Virus record (IMG/VR): IMGVR_UViG_2850808358_000005
Length of the DNA stretch: 64,000 nucleotides
DNA from: a virus
Taxonomy: Duplodnaviria; Heunggongvirae; Uroviricota; Caudoviricetes
Strand: one strand, 5' to 3'
The notes under the pieces were generated by a model. That model saw nothing but the letters and a program-made list of their open reading frames with translations, was not told where the DNA came from and did no database searches. Each line of letters begins with the position of its first letter. Position 1 is the first letter of the stretch. The position numbers and the translations under genes were made by a program. Shown in pieces: positions 39,684-50,275 of this stretch.

Positions 39684-39986
39684 TTAACGCGTATTTTTCA
39701 GCGACTCCTGTGCAAAATACGCTGTTGCTTTTTTTAATATATCTCGCTCAAGGCGAGCTTCATTTAACGCCTTACGCAGTTGCAGAATTTCAGATTCCAG
39801 TTCAGCCACCGTGCGGGAACCAGGAGTACCGAGCCCTTTTCTGGCGGCGGTAACCCATTGTCCTAAAGTGCCTTCAGGAAGGGATAATCGGGAAGCGCCT
39901 TCACTGATCGAAAGTTGATTTTCAAGAACCGTTCTGACAGCTTCGGCTTTGAACTCTTTAGAGTAACGTTGGGTTTTTCTGCTCAT
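39684..39986 (-). CDS. IS600 transposase OrfA
   Basis: Near-identical to the other OrfA copies. Confidence 0.85.
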   Translation of the reverse strand: MSRKTQRYSKEFKAEAVRTVLENQLSISEGASRLSLPEGTLGQWVTAARKGLGTPGSRTVAELESEILQLRKALNEARLERDILKKATAYFAQESLKNTR

Positions 39987-40050
39987 TATTAGCTCCTTCT
40001 GATGCCATTCTATTTCAGGAAGGAGTGTCCGTTAAACTCAGGCTACCTCA

Positions 40051-40718
40051 GTGTCATTTTGCGCGGCTGCCAGTGTATTGAGCAAATTACCAACACCAGA
40101 AAAATAAGGCGAATAAGTGCTTTCTGCCGCCTTTAACTCTCCTGGAGTTGCCTGCAATTCATCAGCATTTTTCTGTTTCTCTACAACATTACGAGCCATC
40201 ATGCCAAAGCCAAACGGCCCGGCAACGCCCATAACCGCAAGTTTTGTCCCCCACGATACGGTGGTTTTAAACAGGTTGTTTAATCTCGAAGTGGTCGTCC
40301 GTAGCGTAGAATTGATCTGCTTGTAAGTTTTCAGCGTCTGTTTGGCGTTTTTCCCCAGCCCGCTGAGGTACTTATCAAACATCGTTTCGCCGCGACCTTT
40401 ATAGTTGCTCACCAGCGAATCAGGTGTTTTCCCGCTGCCAACAAAGCGCCATTTTTCATCCCTTAAACGTCCATCAGTGGAAGCAGCCAGAACTGGCGCG
40501 GGTGAAGATGGTTTCCTGGGAGCCTGATTGGCTTCTCCGCCTGTGGTTGTCTGCCAAGAGCCACCTCCCGGACCGGTATTTGAAGGTATTTTAAGCGGCG
40601 TACCGGCAGGGCCAATCATCAGTCCGTTGCGATACTTTTCAAATATCGCCTCAAGCCGCCTGAGGTGTTCTTCATTAACATCCAGCGTCAGAACTGGCAT
40701 CTGGTTACCAGCCATCAC
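40051..40718 (-). pseudogene. phage structural gene (possibly tape measure N-terminus), C-terminally truncated by IS600 copy 3
   Basis: 223 native codons then 3 IS-derived codons and a stop; last gene of the structural operon before the IS. Confidence 0.35.
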
Positions 40719-40945
40719 AATACTCCTGCGGGATTTTTGAATTTGAGCAGCTCACGAAACTGAGCTGCTGTTTTTACATTTAGGCCGGAATCTGCACAGA
40801 TGTCTCTGAATCCGGCTCCGGCTGAGTAGTCGAGGATGTCGCTGATGACGTGTTCGCCGTCGCGCCAGAACTGGCGGCTGATTTCAATGTCGGCAATGAA
40901 GCGATCCATTCCGTAAGATTCAATAACGAGCATTGAGTGCTCCAT
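40715..40945 (-). CDS. small phage structural/assembly protein, hypothetical
   Basis: Start placed at internal Met MEHSMLV (track ORF extends to 41191). Confidence 0.25.
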   Translation of the reverse strand: MEHSMLVIESYGMDRFIADIEISRQFWRDGEHVISDILDYSAGAGFRDICADSGLNVKTAAQFRELLKFKNPAGVL

Positions 40946-40991
40946 ACTCCATTGACCACATCCATAGTCCCCTTCGCCTGCTCCGGTGAAT

Positions 40992-41408
40992 TTATCGACG
41001 AGACGCATGTAAAAAAATGAGCTCACCCGCCACTTCATCCAAATCAATGATTTCACGCTCCAGCGCCATATCGAGAGGGATTGTGTCGTAGCCTTTACCC
41101 TCCACTGGGTAAACAAGGTTTGCCAGGCGAATGACCTCATTAACAAGTGTATTACGGACCCCTTTATCACCTTCCCAGATATTAGAATCACGCGAGATCC
41201 GCTCCAGCATCAAAAAAGCGATACGCGGACCCGCAACGACGCCAAGACCTTCTGAAAAAATGGCAGAAAAAGTTTTACTCAGAATGAAGAAATGCTCTTT
41301 AAACACCTCTTTGCTGATCGGCGTGGCATGGATCCAGCCATTACCCTTTTCTGTCCGGACAGGAATAATCAGGTTTAAATTTCGCGCGATTTTCATACCA
41401 GATCCCAC
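40992..41408 (-). CDS. phage tail-module protein, hypothetical
   Basis: 138-aa ORF in the co-directional structural operon. Confidence 0.3.
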   Translation of the reverse strand: MGSGMKIARNLNLIIPVRTEKGNGWIHATPISKEVFKEHFFILSKTFSAIFSEGLGVVAGPRIAFLMLERISRDSNIWEGDKGVRNTLVNEVIRLANLVYPVEGKGYDTIPLDMALEREIIDLDEVAGELIFLHASRR

Positions 41409-41836
41409 ATTTCAGAGTTGATGTAATACGTACCAGTAATGGTGATGGCCACACCCGGCTCGCCCCCGGCGAAGGTCATATCCTGCACGTTGGTGATCGC
41501 CGTGTTATAGATATCGAAGTCACCGAACACCGTGCTGTCGCTATACACTTTTGCGTCGCCGATCGTGGCATTCTTTTTCCATTGCGCCTTGAATTGTTTT
41601 CCCAGCGCCTGGCTACGCAGCAGATGAACACGCGCCTGTAAAATCATGTATGGCTGCGGCGACTGCACGGCTCCCGTCATAGCGGGTAAAAACTCCGTGA
41701 TATTGCCCTGAAAGGACAATTCGACGCCTTCTTTTGCCAGAAATGAGGCGGACACATTCAGTTCAGAATGGGAGGTGAATTTAACGCTGGCGCGAACCCG
41801 GTTAAGGGTGCCAACGGGGATCATTGGATTAGGCAC
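41393..41836 (-). CDS. phage tail-module protein, hypothetical
   Basis: 147-aa ORF in the structural operon. Confidence 0.3.
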   Translation of the reverse strand: MPNPMIPVGTLNRVRASVKFTSHSELNVSASFLAKEGVELSFQGNITEFLPAMTGAVQSPQPYMILQARVHLLRSQALGKQFKAQWKKNATIGDAKVYSDSTVFGDFDIYNTAITNVQDMTFAGGEPGVAITITGTYYINSEMWDLV

Positions 41837-41847
41837 GGTTCAGTCCC

Positions 41848-42222
41848 TCACGAAAGCTGCATTGTCACATTGATGTTAAAAATGATTTCGACAAATCCGC
41901 GCATCGGCGTATAGGAGGCCGAAAGGCCTGCATAACGCCCGATACCGTAATCATTGGGATTAGTGTTGATATACTGGCGGAAAGGCACTGCATCGACGAC
42001 AGGCTGACCGTTGACCAGGCCGTAAGATACGCCCGTATTGAACACCGCCTGTGCGACCTGCTGTAGACGGTCGATCCCGTCCTGGTTGTAGTAAAGCGGG
42101 TTAATTGAGTTATTGCTGCCGTTGATCACCGTGTTGGCGAGCTGCATATCGACATTAATCTGCACCCAGTCCACGGAATACCAGTACGTCATATCGTTAC
42201 CGTCACTGGTAACGCCTTTCAC
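41848..42222 (-). CDS. phage structural protein, hypothetical
   Basis: 124-aa ORF. Confidence 0.3.
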   Translation of the reverse strand: MKGVTSDGNDMTYWYSVDWVQINVDMQLANTVINGSNNSINPLYYNQDGIDRLQQVAQAVFNTGVSYGLVNGQPVVDAVPFRQYINTNPNDYGIGRYAGLSASYTPMRGFVEIIFNINVTMQLS

Positions 42223-42635
42223 CAGAATCGTGTTGGAAATTCCCCCTCAGCCCCCGTGTCGACGTAGTTAATATTCTGCTTCGTCATCGTGACCAGAATT
42301 GAATTTTTGCCCGTGTGGGCGTTTACCGCCTGTAGATAGCGAAATGCCATCGGCGGCACCTTGTTGATTTCTGAAGGTGATGCGGAAACATAGTTCCACA
42401 TTACGGCTGCTGCCGCGTTTGTCGCCGGGTACGTATCATCCGCCGTTGCAATAACCGACTTAATACCGGCATAAGGCGAAACGTAATTCGTGTCGTCCGG
42501 CGTTTTCGTCAGCACGAAGAAATACTGCATCGCTTCGTTGGCGGTGTGGAGTTTTGCCAGACTGATAAACTCTGCGTCACCATCCCACGGCTGCGGCACC
42601 AGATACGCATAAAAACGCAGGAGCGGATCTTCCAT
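42219..42635 (-). CDS. phage structural protein, hypothetical
   Basis: 138-aa ORF; may be one frameshifted gene together with 42661..42912. Confidence 0.3.
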   Translation of the reverse strand: MEDPLLRFYAYLVPQPWDGDAEFISLAKLHTANEAMQYFFVLTKTPDDTNYVSPYAGIKSVIATADDTYPATNAAAAVMWNYVSASPSEINKVPPMAFRYLQAVNAHTGKNSILVTMTKQNINYVDTGAEGEFPTRFW

Positions 42636-42660
42636 ATAAGCTTTCAGTGCAGCGATTTCC

Positions 42661-42912
42661 TTACTGACTCCACCTTTCTGTACTCCCAGCTCCAGCAGGT
42701 AAATCCCAACTGAATTTCCCTGGGCAAAAAAACGTGTTTACTGCCGTCACCAGATTTTCACTGCCAACAATGGAAAACTGCCCCAGTGTCACTGGCGAAC
42801 CGGAAAGCTGAGAATCAGCAATCGTCCAGGTCAGTGTTTTTTCATCCGTGACGGTAGCAGTATATTCGCCATTCCACGCGTCGGGCGAACACCCGGAAAC
42901 AACAATTTTCAC
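42661..42912 (-). CDS. phage structural protein, hypothetical
   Basis: 83-aa ORF. Confidence 0.25.
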   Translation of the reverse strand: MKIVVSGCSPDAWNGEYTATVTDEKTLTWTIADSQLSGSPVTLGQFSIVGSENLVTAVNTFFCPGKFSWDLPAGAGSTERWSQ

Positions 42913-43184
42913 CTCAGAACTGTTTTCGCGTCGGATGTTGCTCCTTCCGGAAGCGTCATCGTAACGGTGACGTTTGCCGCAGATTTTCCTGCAGCAGCCG
43001 CCGACAACGCAGCAATCGGATTTCTTACCAGATCGTTAATATCCTGATTACGGGTGAGTAATACAGGCTTTCCCGGCTCATGAGTCGTGGAGCCAAACGA
43101 GAGAACAGCAGACATCTGCTGCAAATTCGAGGGAATGGCCCCGATGGTCTGGGACACATTCACCGTGACGATATTAAACCCCAT
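42909..43184 (-). CDS. phage structural protein, hypothetical
   Basis: 91-aa ORF. Confidence 0.25.
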   Translation of the reverse strand: MGFNIVTVNVSQTIGAIPSNLQQMSAVLSFGSTTHEPGKPVLLTRNQDINDLVRNPIAALSAAAAGKSAANVTVTMTLPEGATSDAKTVLR

Positions 43185-44128
43185 TATTTAACCTCATATT
43201 TACAAATGACTTTTTCAATCAACTGCCGGGATATTTCCCGGGCGGTGCTCTGGTAGTAATTCACGTCAAAATCGACAATCTTTTTCTTCGCCAGAGCGTT
43301 GATTTCAACCTGTCCCGACTTTGCGTCCTGAACCACCGGAATATTGGTTACACCAAACTTTTCCTCCTCCAGCGCCCTGTTCACCACCGAGTCGACAAGA
43401 TCCAGCGCCATTTTATTGCTGAATCCATAAAGCGTCAGGCGAACCGAATCCTGGACGAGCTGGAATCGCTCACCACCGAAAACAACGGGAGCCACCTGCA
43501 ATGGAATACTGTTGCGAACATCCACCGCGATATACGGAGGGCGAAGGTTCTGCGGTACCAGGTAAGACGGATACACGGTCGCGGCATCTTTCATTTGCAG
43601 CCAGATCGGGATGCTGTTGGATATGATCTGCTCGTCGCTGATATCCTCCTCGCAGTCGATAATCTGGGAACGCATGGTTGGCAAAATCGCCATGCCGCGA
43701 TAATGAAAAATACCCGACTGCTGATAGCGGCTCTCCATTCGAGAAAAAGCGAACTGGACGCCGCCGTACTCACCGAGATAGATCGCATCGGGATTTTCCA
43801 CATTAAAATCATCAACCTGCTGAACAGGCGTGAAAATAATGTTGTTCACATCCTTCGAGACAGACTCGTCCTGAATCGCAATAATCTGACGATGCAGGCT
43901 GCCTTTGATTTTCAGACGAGTTGGTGACTCAATATTCAGACGACACAGTTCATCGCAACTGATGATTTCCGCATTAACCCAATAGACAAAGCCATCCAGC
44001 GGCAGAACCTGCCGGACATAGAGCCTGAACGTGATTTCCTGGTCTGACGAGATGGTTTCAACTGCGGATTTAAGAACGGACGAGAGCTGCGAACTGTGCT
44101 GTTCGGCTAATTCTTCAAGACTCGGCAT
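43184..44128 (-). CDS. phage structural protein (possible major tail/sheath-like)
   Basis: 314-aa ORF downstream of head-completion-sized genes. Confidence 0.3.
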   Translation of the reverse strand: MPSLEELAEQHSSQLSSVLKSAVETISSDQEITFRLYVRQVLPLDGFVYWVNAEIISCDELCRLNIESPTRLKIKGSLHRQIIAIQDESVSKDVNNIIFTPVQQVDDFNVENPDAIYLGEYGGVQFAFSRMESRYQQSGIFHYRGMAILPTMRSQIIDCEEDISDEQIISNSIPIWLQMKDAATVYPSYLVPQNLRPPYIAVDVRNSIPLQVAPVVFGGERFQLVQDSVRLTLYGFSNKMALDLVDSVVNRALEEEKFGVTNIPVVQDAKSGQVEINALAKKKIVDFDVNYYQSTAREISRQLIEKVICKYEVK

Positions 44129-44570
44129 TGTTATCTATCCACGCTATAAAGCTGCCCTTAAACAGGCCGCCATCTATGAATGACGGGCGCCGCTCCCCGG
44201 TATATTTGTCCTTAAGCCTTGAGTTAACACCCTGTAACGCAGCCTGGGTTGGGACCTGATTTCCGTTGATCGTCATTCCGGCCATTTCTTCGGTTTCAAG
44301 AAATATATGGAAAATCTTCCCGGTCCCTTCCAGAAAATGCTCGCCAGGTAGCGGAGCCTTATACTTGAAGTGATTGACCAACTGGTACGCCAGTTCAGTA
44401 CCTGCCTCCTGGATAATCTCGTCCTTATGCATTTCCCAGAAGTGCGTAAAAATTTCGTATCGCTCCTCGAGGTCACAGGCCACGTCAAACGTGGTTTTTC
44501 CCAGTTCGTCGCCGTAGTCATACGGCTGGTCGATAACCCCAAAACAAAGTTTCATGGCGTGTAACCCCAT
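44115..44570 (-). CDS. phage head-tail joining protein, hypothetical
   Basis: 151-aa ORF. Confidence 0.3.
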   Translation of the reverse strand: MGLHAMKLCFGVIDQPYDYGDELGKTTFDVACDLEERYEIFTHFWEMHKDEIIQEAGTELAYQLVNHFKYKAPLPGEHFLEGTGKIFHIFLETEEMAGMTINGNQVPTQAALQGVNSRLKDKYTGERRPSFIDGGLFKGSFIAWIDNNAES

Positions 44571-44992
44571 ACCGTGCCCATCTGCATCAGCACCGCAACA
44601 ACCTGTCGTCCATACGGATCCTGTAACATCTGCAAATCCAGCAAAGACAGATTACTCAGCGCGTCGCTGATGGTGATCGAACCAGATGTCCCCTGGTCTG
44701 CTGCCGCGCTGACAAGCCCGGTAGCCAGTTTCCCAAGGTTGAGTTTTTTTCTCAGGTCGGCAAACCGCGAGCCGGGAGCGAAATTCAGGAGAAATGAGGC
44801 GGCAGCGTTATAAACCGTTCGCACATAGATGATGGGTAAACGCTCCAGCCCCTGATCGTGAGGGATTAGCTCCATAGCAGACTGAAAGCAACATTCCAGC
44901 GTCGGATCATCGTCAGCAATAGCGTGAACCGATACTTTCATGTCGTCACGAACAAAGCGAATAAATCCCTCCAGTGACGGACGCAAGGTCAT
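44552..44992 (-). CDS. phage head-tail joining protein, hypothetical
   Basis: 146-aa ORF. Confidence 0.3.
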   Translation of the reverse strand: MTLRPSLEGFIRFVRDDMKVSVHAIADDDPTLECCFQSAMELIPHDQGLERLPIIYVRTVYNAAASFLLNFAPGSRFADLRKKLNLGKLATGLVSAAADQGTSGSITISDALSNLSLLDLQMLQDPYGRQVVAVLMQMGTVWGYTP

Positions 44993-45276
44993 TATTTTTT
45001 AACCTTAATATTTCGCTTTGTGCTGGGCGGATTTTCCTGTTCAGTGTTAATCGCTTCCCCGGTGATTTCCATTTCAATACCACCCGGTTGAGGTTTTTCG
45101 CCACTTTGAATCACTGCCTGATCCACTGCGTTATTCAGCGATACGGCGCTGGCTGCAAGAATTTCTTCTGACAGGGATTCCAGATTTTCCGTTTTCTGCT
45201 CCGCGCAATCCTCAATGCGACCGACGCTCACAGGTTTATCGATGGAATAGCAGATACCGGAAAAATTCTTGTCCAC
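44992..45276 (-). CDS. small phage protein, hypothetical
   Basis: 94-aa ORF. Confidence 0.25.
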   Translation of the reverse strand: MDKNFSGICYSIDKPVSVGRIEDCAEQKTENLESLSEEILAASAVSLNNAVDQAVIQSGEKPQPGGIEMEITGEAINTEQENPPSTKRNIKVKK

Positions 45277-45303
45277 CTTGTCACAACGCTGGAATCCGTA
45301 AGG

Positions 45304-45489
45304 CTAATGCTGTCGGATGATGTGGTCGATAATATCGGACTGATTTTCGATCATATGCTGACGTCCGGACGGAATTGTCACACCGAACGACTGCGTTTTT
45401 TCGGGGAGTTTGTAGTTGAACGTGTGCGGCTGACGTGAGCAGTTAGCGATGTAGAGCTTCATAAATTTTTCCCACAAAAAAGGGAGCAT
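45304..45489 (-). CDS. small phage protein, hypothetical
   Basis: 61-aa ORF after the capsid gene. Confidence 0.2.
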   Translation of the reverse strand: MLPFLWEKFMKLYIANCSRQPHTFNYKLPEKTQSFGVTIPSGRQHMIENQSDIIDHIIRQH

Positions 45490-45518
45490 TTAGCTCCCCG
45501 CGTTATCAGATTGAACGT

Positions 45519-46547
45519 TTATGCGTATTTGGCAGACAACAGGGTGATCCCCTCAGGGCGGAAGTTCCAGCCCGGCGTCGCGCGCATGGTATACAACGTG
45601 GTCAGGCCGCCATCCGGCATAGGGGACGGGATTTCCGTCGGCGCTGCCATATCACAGAACATCACGTTGACGGCCTGCTGGTTAGGTACCAGCGGGGAGA
45701 AAATATTGGTGTTAATGGTGTGACGCGCTTCCGGAACCTCAATCGTCGGGTTCGTAACGATGATCAGGTCATTACCACCAGCGCCTTTACCGATCAGCGT
45801 GTCGTCCTGGCAGAACATGATGTCGTCGCCTGTCGCCTTATCGGCGACGTCTTTAACCATCGTTCCCACCGTTCCGGTACCACCACCAGGACGCTGGTAA
45901 CTGGTCAGCTCAACAATTCCTGTCCACTCCAGCGCCTTCATGAATCGCTGTGGGCTCAGAATAACAGTCGTTAATGGCTGCCCCAGCAGCAACATGCGGG
46001 TTTTCTGGTCAGCAATCAGGCCAAGCATAAATTTAGCCATCTCGCCGGAATCCCAGGTGGTGTACGAATCGTTACCTTTGCTGTCGTTGCCCAGATTCAG
46101 CGTCACTGCGTTCGGTGAGTTGGTGATCCCCTCGTTATTAGCTGCATTCACGCCATACAGCAGCATATTACGCAACATTTGAGCGTGTCCCTGACGGTTA
46201 GCCAGGCGCAGGCCTTCAATCAGAGAATAGCCCCAGCGATCTGCTGCATCAGTATCGAGATAGCTGTATTGCGAGCGGGAAGAAATTCGGTAAGTCATCA
46301 TTCCGTCATAGCCGCCAGAGATACTGGAAGACGGTAACTGACCCGGCAGAGACTGGCTGACCTGCGCCTGCGAGGTCATGCGCAGATATTTCTGATAGAC
46401 CATCAAATCACTGGAACTGATTTTTACCGCTGGAGCACCACCGGCCAGGACTTCAAACGCCCCGGAAGCCATGCTCTGTTGCACGATCATTTCCGGCAGC
46501 ACCATTGACGGCGACACAATAGTAGTCGCAGGAGTAAATGCGCTCAT
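45519..46547 (-). CDS. phage major capsid protein (putative)
   Basis: 342-aa ORF in the same relative position as the prophage-1 capsid gene. Confidence 0.4.
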   Translation of the reverse strand: MSAFTPATTIVSPSMVLPEMIVQQSMASGAFEVLAGGAPAVKISSSDLMVYQKYLRMTSQAQVSQSLPGQLPSSSISGGYDGMMTYRISSRSQYSYLDTDAADRWGYSLIEGLRLANRQGHAQMLRNMLLYGVNAANNEGITNSPNAVTLNLGNDSKGNDSYTTWDSGEMAKFMLGLIADQKTRMLLLGQPLTTVILSPQRFMKALEWTGIVELTSYQRPGGGTGTVGTMVKDVADKATGDDIMFCQDDTLIGKGAGGNDLIIVTNPTIEVPEARHTINTNIFSPLVPNQQAVNVMFCDMAAPTEIPSPMPDGGLTTLYTMRATPGWNFRPEGITLLSAKYA

Positions 46548-46561
46548 TAATTAATATCCCC

Positions 46562-47101
46562 TTAAATTAAAAACAGGCCGCACGGTTTGCCGATTTCCCA
46601 GACAACGTTACCACCATCCTCTTTTTTCACCGTCAGGTTTCCGTCAACTGAAACCATCAGCAGCTTAATATCCACTTTCGGATTAGCGCCGGGTGATCCC
46701 GAATAAACATCAACCATGTTTTTCGTCAGATCCCACACAAAACCACTGGCAGCAACGGTGTTATTTCCATCAGCCAGCGCAACAACTTCTGCACTGACAG
46801 GGAGAGGAATGCGGGCACCTGAGCCAACGCGGTAATAGTGAACAAAGCCACCCGCGAGATATAACGGCACCGGATTATCCGGCGTGGTAATGCCATGAAA
46901 TGCCTGATTAAAGACAGTAAAGGCGTTACAGGCGTCCTTCGTGGCTTGTTTAATTACCGCGCCGTTAACGCTGTCTTTCGCGGGGGCAATGCACTCCATA
47001 ACTCCAACGCCACCCCATACCGGTTCAGTGATTTTGCTGTCCAGTCGACCGGAGCAAAGTTGCAGACGAATTGCCGGATCATCCTGCGCATCCCCCTGCA
47101 T
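46562..47101 (-). CDS. phage head accessory/decoration-like protein
   Basis: 179-aa ORF preceding the capsid gene; IS4 lies 41 bp upstream of its start. Confidence 0.3.
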   Translation of the reverse strand: MQGDAQDDPAIRLQLCSGRLDSKITEPVWGGVGVMECIAPAKDSVNGAVIKQATKDACNAFTVFNQAFHGITTPDNPVPLYLAGGFVHYYRVGSGARIPLPVSAEVVALADGNNTVAASGFVWDLTKNMVDVYSGSPGANPKVDIKLLMVSVDGNLTVKKEDGGNVVWEIGKPCGLFLI

Positions 47102-47142
47102 CAGCCCACGGGATTCGACGTTAAAAAGGCCACCAAATGCTC

Positions 47143-48567
47143 TAATGCCAGTCAGTTAAGCAACTGACTGGCTCTTTTTCGGGGCTGTGGGGTATTTCCA
47201 GGGCCTCTCCTTTACCACTCTCGGGAAGGCCCTTTCCCTTCTCGTCGGTAATTTCACAAGTTGTCCCATACTTGCAAGATCGCGCATCAGCTCCGGTATA
47301 CGTCCCGGTGAAACGCCCTGCAATGTCATCAGCATTCTCATCACCATTCCGCATGATTCTGAGAAACTCAGTTGATTCGGCCAGTAACCTTTCAGATGTT
47401 CCGCCATTTTAATCATCTGATATCTCACCAGATTATAAGCCAGTAAGACACCCCACAGCTCTTGCTCCACAAGCTCCGGCTTTTTACTTCTCAGCGTCAG
47501 CCTGCTCAGTTGCATCGTCTGTTTTATCTCCCTGTATCCCAGTTCGATTTCCCAGCGATGACTGTACAGATCCGCCATTTCTCCTCCGGGGAAGCGCATG
47601 GCGTCCGTCATCGACGTCAGCAGATGGCAGACTTTTCCTTTGCGCGTCACGGTCAGCAGGCGGGCTGTCACTTCATTTCCCAGTCCCGGCCACTTTTTTC
47701 GTGCCTGCGGGCTGGTTTTCAGCTTCACCAGATGATCGCCTTTACCCAGTTTTCTGAGCTCTTCATATTGCGCTCCCTTTCTGAGAGGTATCATCCAGTG
47801 GCGGTGTTCTCCCGCCAGGCTCCAGGCATTTAACAGTCCCAGTGAGTAATAACCTTTATCCATTAACGTCAGAGTGTTATCGCCGGTTTGTTCTATAAGT
47901 TGCTCAGCAAGCTCATTTTCGCTGTTCTTCATCGTGCCGAAGGCTGCAGCCGTCAGCAGATGGCTGGTCAGTTCCATCTGGCAGACCATTTTGACCTGCG
48001 GGTAGAGCGCCGGGTTCCCGGCATGTGTCTGGCGGGGGAAGGCTGCATCGTTCTCTGGTGTATCCGGTGTGCGCCAGAACACACCATCGATGGCCAGCAG
48101 GGTCAGGCCGCACCAGTGCGGATGCGGCGTGGCGTTATGCCAGAGCTGCGCTGTTTTCGTGAACACGCGGCGGACAGCCTCACTTCCCAGGCGCTGGCGG
48201 GCCTGAATAACGGCACTGGGGCAACGAAGGGGCGATTGCCCGGCAGCATGATGTCCAGGCGATTCACAATCTGGTGAAGAGGTTCTTTACGCTCAAGCGC
48301 CATGCCAACAATACACCAGACCATCATTTCGAGGGGAAGACGGCGCTTGCGTAGCGTTACAGTACCTGATTCGGCAAGGCAACGAGAGATGAGTTCGGGG
48401 TCGAGGTAATCCCCCAGAGAAGTCAGTGGGTTACGCAGAGAATCGTAACGGGATACCAGATCAAGAGCCTGTCCAATGTGCATAAAAAAATCCGGAAACA
48501 AGTGAGCGTTTCCGGATTCTTACACAGCCACTGGATCGGTCAACTGATCCTTAACTGATCGGCATTA
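47143..48567 (-). mobile_element. IS4 (1425 bp)
   Basis: Ends TAATGCCAGTCAGTTAAG / CCTTAACTGATCGGCATTA; 12-bp target duplication CACCAAATGCTC at 47131..47142 and 48568..48579. Confidence 0.85.
47156..48501 (-). pseudogene. IS4 transposase, frameshifted
   Basis: Two overlapping ORFs (48103..48501 and 47156..48166) together match the IS4 transposase with a frame change near 48103..48166; element is 1 nt short of 1426 bp. Confidence 0.75.
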
Positions 48568-48608
48568 CACCAAATGCTCCACGGTTTTTAAACGGATGAA
48601 AGTTAATA

Positions 48609-49325
48609 TCAGCCATTGTTCAGGCTCCCTTGAGTGTTAATTTTTGCCAGACGACGCCCCGGAATTTTGAAAGCACTCAGCCAGACGTTCGGATCGCCCT
48701 GATATTCAGTAATGCGACGTCCGGCTTCATCGTTGCGGATACGTTTATGCAGTTGCCCCTGCGTACTCATCATTTCTTTTTCGATGGACTGACGGGCGGC
48801 ACTGAAAATTGCGTCCTCAAGCACAGCCAGCGTTGCAGAATCCGCAATCGCGCGAATATTGACGTCCTTATGTACCGAAGAGTGTTTCTGCATAGCGATT
48901 AGCGCACGCTTGCGGTAGTCCAGCGCATTTTCACCAGAAAACGGTGCTGGCGCGTTTTTACCGCAGGCACTGAATGCGGAGTCGGCTTTTGCCTGTGCTT
49001 CTGCCAAGGCTGAGTCATTGCGTTCTTTTTCTGCCTCCTCGGCAGCCTTACGCTGTTCTTCCGCTTCGGAATCAGCCTTTGCTTTCTCCTCAGCGTCTTT
49101 AGCTGCCGCCTCGTCAGCTTTGGCTTTTTCTTCCGCCTCCTTTGCCGCAGCTTCATCAGCTTTACGCCGTTCCTCTGCGGCTTCATCGGCTTTGGCCTTT
49201 TCTTCGGCCTCTTTTTTCACCTGTTCTTCGGCATCCGCCCGCGCTTTGTCCCGCTGTTCTAGTGAGTCCATGCGCGTAACGACACCATCGATTTTCTGAT
49301 TAATGCCTTGCAGGGCATCGCTCAC
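48609..49325 (-). CDS. phage scaffold-like protein with tandem EEKAKADEAAAK repeats
   Basis: 238 aa; in-frame repeat array in 49020..49230; first gene of the remaining head module. Confidence 0.35.
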   Translation of the reverse strand: MSDALQGINQKIDGVVTRMDSLEQRDKARADAEEQVKKEAEEKAKADEAAEERRKADEAAAKEAEEKAKADEAAAKDAEEKAKADSEAEEQRKAAEEAEKERNDSALAEAQAKADSAFSACGKNAPAPFSGENALDYRKRALIAMQKHSSVHKDVNIRAIADSATLAVLEDAIFSAARQSIEKEMMSTQGQLHKRIRNDEAGRRITEYQGDPNVWLSAFKIPGRRLAKINTQGSLNNG

Positions 49326-49555
49326 CCCGTTACTTTATTCGTACCCCTTATAATGGGGTGTTAGCCAGCCAGACCCGGCATGATTACTGCCCCCAGTCGT
49401 CCATGATCCGGGGGGTGATGTCACCGGGTCTGGTGGGGCGCTGGTAACCGCTAATAGGGGTCAGGTCAGGCACTTTTGCCGGGACCGTCTGTAACGTGGA
49501 TGCCGGTACCTGCTCCCCGTGGTTATCTGGTTAACCCATATACAAGGGAGACAGA

Positions 49556-50275
49556 ATGACCGAATCCAGCGATTACGAATCCGTCCAGGTCTTTATCGGC
49601 GTTGATGTCGGTAAAGATACGCATCACGCTGTTGCCATTAATCGTTCAGGTAAACGCCTGTTCGATAAAGCATTACCCAACGACGAAAACAAACTCAGGT
49701 CGCTAATATCTGACCTGAAACAACATGGTCAGATACTGCTGGTTGTTGATCAGCCAGCTACCATCGGTGCGTTACCTGTCACCGTTGCCCGCTCAGAAGG
49801 AGTCCTTGTCGGATACCTCCCTGGACTGGCCATGCGCCGCATAGCCGACTTACACGCCGGTGAAGCTAAAACTGATGCTCGTGACGCTGCCATCATTGCC
49901 GAAGCTGCCCGTACCCTGCCTCACGCGCTACGCACGCTGAAACTGGCTGACGAGCAAATCGCCGAACTCTCCATGCTCTGCGGCTTCGATGATGATCTTG
50001 CCGCACAGACAACGCAGGCCAGCAACCGTATCCGCGGCCTTCTGACCCAGATACATCCGGCACTGGAGCGCGTTCTCGGTCCGAGACTTGAGCACCCGGC
50101 GGTACTCGATCTTCTCCAGCGATATCCCTCACCAGAAAAACTCGCTTCGCTGGGTGAGAAGAAGCTGGCAGCCCAGCTCTGCAAACTTGCGCCTCGTCTG
50201 GGTAAACGCCTTGCAGCAGACATAGCTCAGGCACTGGCCGAACGATGTAAGAAAATCATATCCCATACCATTTAA
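49556..50275 (+). pseudogene. IS110-family transposase, C-terminally truncated
   Basis: N-terminal DEDD domain (VFIGVDVGKDTHHAVAIN...); ends abruptly where it meets the truncated trkG. Confidence 0.55.

Larger units (their letters stand above)
38787..40050 (-). mobile_element. IS600-like insertion sequence, copy 3 (1264 bp), no target-site duplication
   Basis: Flanks CGG (left) and GTG (right) differ; the flanking genes are unrelated. Confidence 0.85.

Noticed and set aside
49020-49230. Tandem DNA repeats of about 40 bp that could suggest a CRISPR or VNTR array
   Set aside because: They are in frame inside ORF 48609..49325 and encode EEKAKADEAAAK protein repeats; there are no spacer-like unique units, no cas genes, and no other CRISPR-like array in the window.
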